Assembly (NCBI GenBank): GCA_041609735.1
Contig: JBFIQH010000001.1
Location: forward strand, 1-51,202
Direction of reading: 5' to 3'
Source: Woeseiaceae bacterium
Lineage (GTDB): Bacteria > Pseudomonadota > Gammaproteobacteria > Steroidobacterales > Woeseiaceae
DNA: 51,202 bases
Shown here: in pieces, positions 43,688-51,202 of the stretch
How the letters are laid out: each line of letters starts with the position of its first letter
Numbering within the stretch: the first letter of the stretch is position 1
The notes under the pieces: model-generated
Databases searched by the model: none
The model's input: only the letters and a program-made list of their open reading frames with translations
What the model was told of the DNA's origin: nothing
Made by a program: the position numbers and the translations under genes

Positions 43688-45127
43688 ATGCGACTTTCCG
43701 ATTTACTAGCGGCAGCACCGGAGATGACCCTCCTGGGTATGATTTGCGTCGTTCTGGTCGCCGACCTGTTCGTCGACAATAACAAGCGCGCGATCACGTT
43801 CTGGCTGTCGATCGCGGCATTGCTGTTGACGGCCTGGGCACTGGTCGAGACGGCTCCGGTTGGCCGCGCCGTGATCTTCGACGGCAGTTACGTCAGCGAC
43901 GCGCTGTCGCAAGTGCTCAAACTCGGTGTCGTGCTGTTCGTCGGCATTGCGTTTTTCTATTCGCGTGACTACTTGCGCGCCAACGACCTGAACAAGGGTG
44001 AGTTTTACCTGCTGGGGCTGTTCGGCCTGCTTGGCATGATGGTCATGATTTCCGCGAACAGCCTGCTGACGATGTACATGGGGCTGGAGACGCTCGCGCT
44101 GTCACAGTATGCGCTCGTCGCGATCGACCGCACGAACGTGACCTCGGCCGAAGCTGCGATGAAGTATTTTGTGCTCGGCGCGATTGCCTCTGGGTGCCTG
44201 TTGTACGGCATCTCGTGGGTTTACGGCGCCACCGGCACGATCCAGTTCCACGAGATCGCCAACGTCGTCGCGACTCAGCCCGAGGTCAACGCGCTGCCGT
44301 TGTGGTTTGGCCTTGCCTTCCTCGTCGTCGGCATCGCGTTCAAGTTCGGCGCCGTGCCGTTTCACATGTGGGTGCCGGACGTCTACCAGGGCGCGCGCTC
44401 GTCAGTCACGCTGTACGTCGGATCGGCGCCAAAGCTCGCCGCGCTGGCGCTGACACTACGGGTCCTCGTCGACGGGCTCGGCGGCCTGCACGAACTGTGG
44501 TCGGACATGGTCATGATCATCGCGGTACTGTCGCTGCTGCTCGGCAATTTCATCGCTATCGTGCAGTCGAACATCAAGCGCATGCTGGCCTATTCGACGA
44601 TCGGGCATGTCGGCTTCATCCTGCTGGCCGTGTTTACCGGCACCGAGCAGGGCTATGCTGCAGCGCTGTTCTACACGCTGACCTACGTCGTCGCCGCGGC
44701 GGGCGCATTCGGCATGATCATCCTGTTGAGCCGGCGCGGCTACGAAGCGGAAAACCTGTCCGACTTCAAGGGACTGAACGCGCGCAGCCCTTGGTACGCG
44801 GTGCTGATGATGTTCCTGATGTTCAGCATGGCGGGCATTCCGCCGTTCATCGGCTTCTTCGGCAAGCTGAATGCAATCAACGCGGTCCTCGCGATCGGCT
44901 ACACCGAGCTGGCCGTCATCATGGTGCTGGCCTCGGTCGTCGGCGCCTACTACTACCTGCGCGTCATCTGGTACATGTATTTCGAGGACCCGGCCGATCA
45001 GGCCGTCCTGGCAACCAGTACCGACACCCGCCTCGTCATGAGCCTGAACGGCGTTGCCGTGCTGGCGCTGGGCCTGCTGCCCGGCTGGCTTTGGACCTTG
45101 TGCCTGCAGGTGCTCGCCGCGCGCTGA
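43688..45127 (+). CDS. nuoN: NADH-quinone oxidoreductase subunit N
   Basis: FKFGAVPFHMWVPDVYQGA, IKRMLAYSTIGHVGF. Confidence 0.96.
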   Translation: MRLSDLLAAAPEMTLLGMICVVLVADLFVDNNKRAITFWLSIAALLLTAWALVETAPVGRAVIFDGSYVSDALSQVLKLGVVLFVGIAFFYSRDYLRANDLNKGEFYLLGLFGLLGMMVMISANSLLTMYMGLETLALSQYALVAIDRTNVTSAEAAMKYFVLGAIASGCLLYGISWVYGATGTIQFHEIANVVATQPEVNALPLWFGLAFLVVGIAFKFGAVPFHMWVPDVYQGARSSVTLYVGSAPKLAALALTLRVLVDGLGGLHELWSDMVMIIAVLSLLLGNFIAIVQSNIKRMLAYSTIGHVGFILLAVFTGTEQGYAAALFYTLTYVVAAAGAFGMIILLSRRGYEAENLSDFKGLNARSPWYAVLMMFLMFSMAGIPPFIGFFGKLNAINAVLAIGYTELAVIMVLASVVGAYYYLRVIWYMYFEDPADQAVLATSTDTRLVMSLNGVAVLALGLLPGWLWTLCLQVLAAR

Positions 45128-45212
45128 TTCCGCGACCTGCGGAGTTGACATAATGCCGAAATTTCGGGCCGGAATGGCTTAAGAACCGCATTCCGCCGCC
45201 GATCTAACAGGC

Positions 45213-46451
45213 ATGAGTGTTGCGGAAGATCTCAGCGCAGAGCTGCAGCTGCCTGATGAGGCGGCAAGCAGTGCCCCGGTATCCGTGCTGTTGATCGACG
45301 ACGATCCGGCATCCACGCACCTTTGTGCCCGCTACCTCGGGCGCGAAAAGACACACGGCTACGATCTTGTATCGACGGATACCGCGGCGGACGGCGTGGC
45401 CGCAGCCGTTGGCGGTAAATTCGACATCCTGCTCATCGACTATTACCTGCCGGGCTCCAGCGCAATCGAGGTCATCGAGAAGATTCAAGAGCGCCTCGGC
45501 GAAAACGCGCCGCCGGCGATTGTTTTAACCGCCGACGATAGCGCAACGACGGCGACAAAGGCGATGCACGCCGGCGCATCCGATTTCCTCGCGAAAAAAG
45601 CGCTGTCGCCGGAATCACTGTCGCGGTCGATCATGAATGCAGTCGACAAGAGCAAGCTGAAGCAGACGGCAAGGGAACGGCGACAGCAGATTATCGAGAT
45701 GAACGAGCGGCTGGTTCGCAAGGGCCAGGAGCTGCAGCGCTTTTACCAGAGCGTCTCGCACGAGGTGAAAACGCCGCTCGCTGCGGCACGCGAGTTCATC
45801 GCATTGACGCTTGACGGTGTAGCAGGACCGGTCAACGACAAGCAGGTCGAATTTTTGACGTATGCCATCGATTCCTGTGATCAGATCACTGCGCATTTCA
45901 ATGACCTGCTCGAAATGACGCGCCTGGATACCGGCAAGGTTCGGCTGGATCTCGAGTGGGCCGAGTTTGATGCCGTCATCGCACGCTGCCTGGCCTCCGC
46001 GGCTGCAGCTGTCGAGGCTCGCCAGCTGTATGTCCAGCTGCAGAAGCAGGATTCGCTGCCGAAAGTTCGATTTGATATGAATCGCATCGTGCAGGTGGTC
46101 TCGAACCTGCTGAACAACGCGGTCAAGTTCAGTCCTGTCGAAGGCAAGATCGTCATCAATGTGGGACAGACCGAAAACGGTCGTCGCATGCGGATCAGTG
46201 TCGCCGACGAAGGCTGCGGCATACACGAAGACGAACTGCCGCAGGTATTCGAGCGTCTATACCAGGCCAGGGTGGAAGGGGAACAGCAAACAGAAGCGGG
46301 ACTGGGCCTTGGCCTTAGTATCGCCAGGGAAATCGTGCTGCTGCACGGTGGGTCTATTTGGGCAGAGAGTTTTCTCGGTCGCGGGAGTACGTTTTACATC
46401 GAACTTCCCGTCGAAGGGCCTCCGCCATCTCTCACGGAGGTTAAGCAATGA
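45213..46451 (+). CDS. cytoplasmic hybrid protein: N-terminal receiver (REC) fused to a histidine kinase core (HisKA + HATPase_c)
   Basis: REC: LLIDDD, phospho-acceptor Asp in ILLIDYYLPG (D76), VLTADD, FLAKK. Coiled linker, then H-box SVSHEVKTPL (His codon 45759-45761). N box NLLNNAVKF, G1 DEGCGI, F box VFERLYQ, G2 GLGLGLSIA. No TM segment. Confidence 0.88.
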   Translation: MSVAEDLSAELQLPDEAASSAPVSVLLIDDDPASTHLCARYLGREKTHGYDLVSTDTAADGVAAAVGGKFDILLIDYYLPGSSAIEVIEKIQERLGENAPPAIVLTADDSATTATKAMHAGASDFLAKKALSPESLSRSIMNAVDKSKLKQTARERRQQIIEMNERLVRKGQELQRFYQSVSHEVKTPLAAAREFIALTLDGVAGPVNDKQVEFLTYAIDSCDQITAHFNDLLEMTRLDTGKVRLDLEWAEFDAVIARCLASAAAAVEARQLYVQLQKQDSLPKVRFDMNRIVQVVSNLLNNAVKFSPVEGKIVINVGQTENGRRMRISVADEGCGIHEDELPQVFERLYQARVEGEQQTEAGLGLGLSIAREIVLLHGGSIWAESFLGRGSTFYIELPVEGPPPSLTEVKQ

Positions 46452-46855
46452 AAACGGTACTCATGATCGAGGACGACGCAAAGGTCAGCCTGGCGCTGGG
46501 CATTCGGCTCAAGTCGATGGGCTACGAGGTCACAACGGCAGCCGATGCTGTCTCGGCAGTCAGCCAGGCGAGAAAATGTGCTCCCGACGTCATCCTGATT
46601 GATATCAACCTGCCCGGTGGCGACGGGTTCGTTGTCGCTCAGCGCCTGAAGACGCTGGTGCAGACGTCTGCGACCCCAATGATATTTATCACCGCCAGCA
46701 AGAAAGCGGGCTTGAAGGAACGCGCGAAGGAACTGGGCGCAGTCGCGTTTCTCGAGAAGCCGTTTACCGCTACCGAAATGGCCGATGCCATCGAAATGTC
46801 GCTCTACTCAATGAGTACAGAGGAAGGGCAATCCAGCGAAGCGATGATCGGCTAG
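46448..46855 (+). CDS. stand-alone CheY-like response regulator receiver (no output domain)
   Basis: 135 aa. MIEDD, VILIDINLPGGDG (D52), IFITAS, LEKPF. ATGA overlap with the preceding kinase gene. Confidence 0.88.
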   Translation: MKTVLMIEDDAKVSLALGIRLKSMGYEVTTAADAVSAVSQARKCAPDVILIDINLPGGDGFVVAQRLKTLVQTSATPMIFITASKKAGLKERAKELGAVAFLEKPFTATEMADAIEMSLYSMSTEEGQSSEAMIG

Positions 46856-46867
46856 GGAGCGGCGGTG

Positions 46868-47167
46868 ATGAGTGCCGAACCTTCCGACGTCACCAGGGCG
46901 GCGTCGAGGAAGCGTTTTCACGATCTGCGTGCGCCGCTGATAACGATGCAGGGCTTCGGTGATGAACTGGCCAAGGCCTTCGCACGCCTCGCGGAGCTGG
47001 TCGAGGATCATCAGCAAGCGTTACCTGACGACTACCTTGCGTTGACCAGGGAGGTCCTCGAGCGCGACATCAATCCTTGCCTTGGTTATATGCGTTCGTC
47101 GGTCCGTAAACTCGGTGACGCGCTCGATGACCTTGCATCCGACGCGACGTCGGATCCGCGGCGATGA
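46868..47167 (+). CDS. small stand-alone HisKA/DHp-like protein with H-box and no ATPase domain
   Basis: Translation ...SRKRFHDLRAPLITMQGFGDELAKAF... (His codon 46919-46921) matches the HisKA H-box. It is followed by about 70 aa of helix-like sequence and then stops. GGGAG lies 7 nt upstream of ATG 46868 (GTG 46865 is an alternative start). The stop overlaps the start of the CHASE kinase gene (ATGA). Confidence 0.7.
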   Translation: MSAEPSDVTRAASRKRFHDLRAPLITMQGFGDELAKAFARLAELVEDHQQALPDDYLALTREVLERDINPCLGYMRSSVRKLGDALDDLASDATSDPRR

Positions 47168-48981
47168 CAACGTCGGCCGAAAAGCGCTACTCGCGCAAGA
47201 TCGACGAGGAACGTCGCGCACTCGGCGTCGCGGGGCGCCTGCATTGGGTGCACTGGGCGATCGTTATCCTGTCCGCCGGCGCAACTGTCGCCGCGTGGAA
47301 TTTTTCGCGCGGCCAGGTCCAGGAAAAGCAGCAGATTCAGTTCGATCGTGAGGCGCAACAGGTCGTCGAGCTCGTCGCGGAACGCATGAAGAAATACGAA
47401 GATGCGTTGTGGAGCGGCGTGGCGGCCGTGCATGCACTGGAGGGGCAGCTCGACTACGACGAGTGGCGAGCGTTTGCTGCGGCTCTGCAAATCGATACCA
47501 AGTACCCGGGCATCAACGGCATCGGCGTCATCGTACCCGTCGCGCGTCCCGTCCGCGAGACGTTCGAACGCGCGCAGTACAGCTGGCTGCCGGGGTTCAG
47601 GATATACCCGGAGCATGACGAGCCGGGACTGATGCCGATACGGTTTATCGAACCAATCGAGCCGAACCTAAAAGCGGTGGGTCTCGACATGGCCCATGAA
47701 GAAAACCGCTACCGGTCTGCACTGAATGCCCGCCGCACCGGGACGGCGCAAATAACCGGCCCGATCGTTCTGGTTCAGGACGAAGGCAGTACTCCGGGCT
47801 TTCTGTTCTACGCGCCGTTTTATTCCGGCGACGCTGATACCGAATCGGATCGGGTCAGCAACTTTGCGGGCCTTGTCTACGCGCCTTTTGTCGTGCGCAA
47901 GCTGATGGCCGGCACCCTGCAGCAGGAAAAGCGCCGCGTCGGCATCCAGCTGACGGACGGGGAGATCGTAATTTACGGCGACGAGGAAGAATCATCCGCC
48001 GGGCGCAAGTCGCAAGTCTCTTTCTCGCGCACCGAGGCCGTGCCGATGTACGGCAGAACCTGGACGTTCGATATCTGGGCAAAAGACTCTTTTATCGACG
48101 CGACGGCGAACTCACAGCCGGCCCTGATTTTAATCGGCGGCATGACGATCGATGCACTGCTGCTGACGATATTCATTACGCTGTCGCGCACGAACCGGCG
48201 CTCGGTCAAGTTCGCAGAGCGCATGAATCGAGCGCTGATCCGCAAGACCGACGAACTCGCTGAGATGAACGACGATCTCGAGAGCTTTGCCTACATCGCG
48301 TCACATGATCTGAAGACGCCATTGCGAGGCATTACGGATCTGGTCGAGTATGTGCGTGAAGACCTGCGGCCGTACCTCGAGAGCAGTGATGCGAATCCGG
48401 ATATCGAGTACAACCTCGACCGGATCACCCAGCAGACCGATCGAATGGAGCGCCTGATTCGCGGGGTTCTCGACTACTCCGGCGTTGGCAAGCGAGAGGA
48501 ATCCGTCGAGCTCGTCAATCTCGACGCGCTGATAAAGACGCTGGCGAACGAACTCGATGTCGAACCAGGGCAGCTGCGGCTCGACGGCGACATGCGGGAG
48601 TTCCCGACGTATCGGGTACGCCTCGAGCAGGTGCTCGGTAATCTCGTCGGCAATGCATTCAAGTATCACCACGACAGAGACAGCGCCAGCGTTGTTGTTG
48701 CCGCACACGCCGACCGCGACCGTGTCTCGTTCAGTGTCACCGACAACGGCCCGGGCATCGATCCGCGGTTTCACGGCCGGATTTTTGATGTATTTCAGAC
48801 GCTTCAGCCGCGCGACCAGATCGAAAGCACCGGTGTCGGGCTCTCGATCGTCAAGAAAGCCGTCGAGTCGGTTGGCAGCAAAGTCCGAATCAAGTCCACG
48901 CCTGGCGAGGGCACGTCGTTCTCGTTCGAGTGGCCAATCGTGCGGGAGACAGCAGAGCCCCGGGCGGCAGAGGTGGTTTAG
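47164..48981 (+). CDS. membrane sensor histidine kinase with periplasmic CHASE domain
   Basis: TM1 about aa 26-46, TM2 about aa 319-341. Between them, YPGINGIGVIVPV...PIRFIEPIEPNLKAVGLDMAHEENRYRSALNARRTGTAQITGPIVLVQDEGSTPGFLFYAPFY matches the CHASE pattern. H-box IASHDLKTPLRGI (His codon 48304-48306). N box GNLVGNAFKY, G1 DNGPGI, F box IFDVFQT, G2 GVGLSIVKK. Confidence 0.88.
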   Translation: MTTSAEKRYSRKIDEERRALGVAGRLHWVHWAIVILSAGATVAAWNFSRGQVQEKQQIQFDREAQQVVELVAERMKKYEDALWSGVAAVHALEGQLDYDEWRAFAAALQIDTKYPGINGIGVIVPVARPVRETFERAQYSWLPGFRIYPEHDEPGLMPIRFIEPIEPNLKAVGLDMAHEENRYRSALNARRTGTAQITGPIVLVQDEGSTPGFLFYAPFYSGDADTESDRVSNFAGLVYAPFVVRKLMAGTLQQEKRRVGIQLTDGEIVIYGDEEESSAGRKSQVSFSRTEAVPMYGRTWTFDIWAKDSFIDATANSQPALILIGGMTIDALLLTIFITLSRTNRRSVKFAERMNRALIRKTDELAEMNDDLESFAYIASHDLKTPLRGITDLVEYVREDLRPYLESSDANPDIEYNLDRITQQTDRMERLIRGVLDYSGVGKREESVELVNLDALIKTLANELDVEPGQLRLDGDMREFPTYRVRLEQVLGNLVGNAFKYHHDRDSASVVVAAHADRDRVSFSVTDNGPGIDPRFHGRIFDVFQTLQPRDQIESTGVGLSIVKKAVESVGSKVRIKSTPGEGTSFSFEWPIVRETAEPRAAEVV

Positions 48982-49416
48982 ATGGCAATCAAGACAGTAA
49001 GTATTCTGCTCGTAGAAGACAACGACCTGGACGCAGAGAAGCTGCAACGCATACTCGATCGTTTGGGCGACAAGCGTCCGATTACCCGCGCCCGAGACGG
49101 CATCGAGGCGCTGGAACTGCTGCGCGATCCCGAACGACAGCCGAGGCCGCCGTTCGTCATCATCCTCGATCTCAACATGCCGCGCATGAATGGCCAGGAA
49201 TTCCTTGCCGAACTGCGCGCAGATTCGTCATTGAAAGGCCTGCCGGTAGTCGTGCTGACGACGTCGGATCGCCGCGCGGACATCGAGCAGGCCTATTCGA
49301 ACCAGGTCAGCGGTTACCTGACGAAACCGCTCGACCTAGAGGACACGGCCGCGATGCTGCAGTCGATCTGCGAATTCTGGGGTCGCTGCGAGTTTCCCAA
49401 CGCTGGCGTCGTCTGA
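48982..49416 (+). CDS. stand-alone response regulator receiver (Rcp1-like single-domain REC)
   Basis: ILLVEDNDLD, VIILDLNMPRMNG (D63), VVVLTTS, YLTKP. ATG immediately follows the kinase stop (TAGATG). Confidence 0.88.
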   Translation: MAIKTVSILLVEDNDLDAEKLQRILDRLGDKRPITRARDGIEALELLRDPERQPRPPFVIILDLNMPRMNGQEFLAELRADSSLKGLPVVVLTTSDRRADIEQAYSNQVSGYLTKPLDLEDTAAMLQSICEFWGRCEFPNAGVV

Positions 49417-49793
49417 TGACGGCGGAGGGATCTGAGCAGGTTAGCCTCGTCTGTGTCGACGATGATTCGCTAATGCTCGAATTTATCGAGCGCCGCCTCA
49501 GGGACCGACCCGGACATTTGAAGTGCTTTTCTGAGCCAAACGCAGCTATCGATTTTCTGGCCAAAAACGAGGTAAGAACGATTCTGGTCGACCAGCGTAT
49601 GCCGACGATGAATGGCATCGAATTTCTGAAGATTCTGGCCGCCCGCGGCTCCAATGGCGCCGCTCGCAAGATCCTGTTCTCAGCGATCGCGCCGGACCCC
49701 GATACCTGCGACGCTGCCGGCGCGCTGGGGGCAGAAACGCTCGAAAAGGACCGGATCCGGAACCGCGATACACTGCTCGAAATGCTGAACTGA
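49416..49793 (+). CDS. stand-alone receiver-domain protein (third free REC)
   Basis: C-terminal 125 codons of ORF 48930..49793, starting at ATG 49416 (TGATG overlap with the previous gene). VCVDDD, ILVDQRMPTMNG (D59), ILFSA, LEKD. Confidence 0.75.
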   Translation: MTAEGSEQVSLVCVDDDSLMLEFIERRLRDRPGHLKCFSEPNAAIDFLAKNEVRTILVDQRMPTMNGIEFLKILAARGSNGAARKILFSAIAPDPDTCDAAGALGAETLEKDRIRNRDTLLEMLN

Positions 49794-49831
49794 GCGCTGG
49801 ATGTCGTGATTGGCAAGGCCTCGCGCCGGGG

Positions 49832-49860
49832 TTGTCATTTTACGGGCACGTCAGTATAGT
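49832..49860 (+). promoter_or_regulatory. sigma70 promoter for tRNA-fMet
   Basis: TTGTCA (49832-49837), 17-nt spacer, TATAGT (49855-49860), then a GC-rich discriminator TCCCACCC. The tRNA starts 14 nt after the -10. Confidence 0.7.
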
Positions 49861-49874
49861 TCCCACCCTGCCGA

Positions 49875-49951
49875 TGCGGGGTGGAGCAGTCTGGCAGCTC
49901 GTCGGGCTCATAACCCGAAGGTCGCAGGTTCAAATCCTGCCCCCGCTACCA
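49875..49951 (+). tRNA. metY: initiator tRNA-fMet (anticodon CAT)
   Basis: Near-identical in layout to E. coli tRNA-fMet as recalled. A11:U24, three G:C pairs closing the anticodon stem (TCGGG/CCCGA), loop CTCATAA (CAT at 49909-49911), T-arm GCAGGTTCAAATCCTGC, 3' ACCA encoded. Positions 1:72 are unpaired (U:U). Confidence 0.93.
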
Positions 49952-49960
49952 AATGAAGAG

Positions 49961-49986
49961 AGGGCCCCTAATAGGGGCCCTTTTTC
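49961..49986 (+). terminator. rho-independent terminator after tRNA-fMet
   Basis: AGGGCCCCT-aat-AGGGGCCCT followed by TTTTT. Confidence 0.8.
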
Positions 49987-50208
49987 GTTTGGCGGAGTGG
50001 GATCAGGAGGGGAACCTCGTCCAATAAAACGCGCTCGCGTTTTGGACGGCGAGCGAAGCGAGGCCGGGCCGACGGCCTAAGGATCGACCTAAGTCGATCC
50101 GAGTCAATGTTGCCGCCGCTACCAGGATACCGAAAGCCCCGCCTTGTGCCATCTGAGTCGAGAGAGTACTGGCAAGAACTGGACGTGACGCAGGTACCAA
50201 AAAATTGC

Positions 50209-51202
50209 TTACCTCGGTTCAGGCTCGCGATCAATACGCGAAAAGATCGCGCCGTGCGGAATGCTGGCGCCGGTTTTACCATGCGGCCATTGTTCCCGCG
50301 TCATGTCCAGGCCGGGATACGCCGAACCTGGGCTTCGCAGATCTTTAATAATTGTGAGTTTGCCGTTTGTCGGATTTAGCTGCAGCAGCACGACTCTGCC
50401 AGCGAGCCAGCCATTCCTGCCAGTGAGGGCGATGCGGTTGCCACCCAACTCACCCGAAACCCAGTGCGGTCTAACGGGTCCATCGAGAACCAGCTCATCG
50501 ACCTCCCTCGGATGATACGGATCCGATATATCCAGCACGACAAGAGAACTGGCGCCCTCGTTTGTTTGTATCCAGTATTTTCCGATGCGCCAGGGCACGC
50601 TGCATTGATCACCGGCGTCGAAAGATTCGAACGGAAATGATTTCACCAGGGTTGCTTGCGGATTTTCGGTGTCAATGTCCGAAAGAACATACAATCCGCA
50701 GCGAAACGTCGTAACGATGACGGTCTTACCATCATCCAACAAGCGCGCTTCAGCCACGTCCAAATTTTCGTCGCCCCGTGGGCCGGGCGGTAACAACACC
50801 GTGTGCAGGAGTTTCAGGTCGGACATTCTCCATATCTGCACCGAGCGACCTTCCATCTTTGCCCACATGTCGCCGGTTGTTGTCACGACACGGTCCATCG
50901 CTGCAATCGGCGTAACGCTGTATGGCCGGAGCTCCGGGTCCGTTGGGTCCGCGGCGTCGCTGCCGCGAATATAACCACCGGTCGGGTCCAGCTCGACCAG
51001 GCCACCGGCTTCGGAGTCCTTCTCGCCCTTATTGTGAAACGTTGCCAGTACCGTGCCGGTAGGGGTGCGCTCAAAGCTGTGAGGGTAGGTATAAGGCCCG
51101 GCACGATCGAATGCGGATGCCACCACGGGCCGAAGCGGATTCGCCACATTGATGACAAAAGACTTGCCGGTCATGAAACCATTGGCAAAGAACATATCGC
51201 CT
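50209..51202 (-). CDS. beta-propeller-like protein of uncertain family (LVIVD-repeat / selenium-binding-protein-like), 5' end beyond window
   Basis: The frame stays open past the listed ATG 51195 to the window edge. SSLVVLDISDPYHPREV resembles an LVIVD repeat. The layout loosely recalls SBP56-type propellers. No firm family call is possible by eye. Confidence 0.5.
   Translation of the reverse strand, partial: GDMFFANGFMTGKSFVINVANPLRPVVASAFDRAGPYTYPHSFERTPTGTVLATFHNKGEKDSEAGGLVELDPTGGYIRGSDAADPTDPELRPYSVTPIAAMDRVVTTTGDMWAKMEGRSVQIWRMSDLKLLHTVLLPPGPRGDENLDVAEARLLDDGKTVIVTTFRCGLYVLSDIDTENPQATLVKSFPFESFDAGDQCSVPWRIGKYWIQTNEGASSLVVLDISDPYHPREVDELVLDGPVRPHWVSGELGGNRIALTGRNGWLAGRVVLLQLNPTNGKLTIIKDLRSPGSAYPGLDMTREQWPHGKTGASIPHGAIFSRIDREPEPR

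Noticed and set aside
48930-49415. Upstream 162 codons of ORF 48930..49793
   Set aside because: They are out of frame over the end of the CHASE kinase and the whole of the REC gene 48982..49416, with an Arg/Pro-rich translation. Receiver homology starts only at ATG 49416.

Overview
High-GC chromosomal segment (GC judged by eye, not computed). Gene order looks gammaproteobacterial, resembling Xanthomonadales/Nevskiales; this is an inference from synteny only. About 45 of the 51 kb is conserved housekeeping. Left to right: a glutamine amidotransferase fragment, srkA, a saccharopine-dehydrogenase-like gene plus a GNAT, two exported proteins of unknown function, ssrA (tmRNA, tag ANDDNYALAA) and smpB, an SNF-family transporter, ratA-rnfH, bamE/fur, recN-nadK, hrcA-grpE-dnaK-dnaJ-dapB-carAB-greA, yhbY/rlmE-ftsH-folP-glmM-tpiA-secG-tRNA-Leu(GAG), and a complete 14-gene nuoA-N operon with nuoC and nuoD unfused. 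The non-routine part is the right end (45.2-49.8 kb). It holds a tightly coupled six-gene phosphorelay operon: a REC-histidine kinase hybrid, a stand-alone REC, a ~100-aa protein that is only a histidine-kinase DHp/H-box domain, a CHASE-domain sensor kinase, and two more stand-alone RECs. No output domain is recognisable. It is followed by an initiator tRNA-fMet and a partial beta-propeller gene. Other observations are a 168-bp element with 35-bp terminal inverted repeats filling the ftsH-folP spacer, a decayed DUF1684-like gene remnant, sigma32-type promoters at grpE and dnaK despite an hrcA gene with no CIRCE nearby, and an initiator tRNA with a U1:U72 mismatch. I saw no CRISPR array, rRNA, transposase, integrase or recognisable defence genes. 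The many long antisense ORFs in the track are treated as high-GC artefacts.
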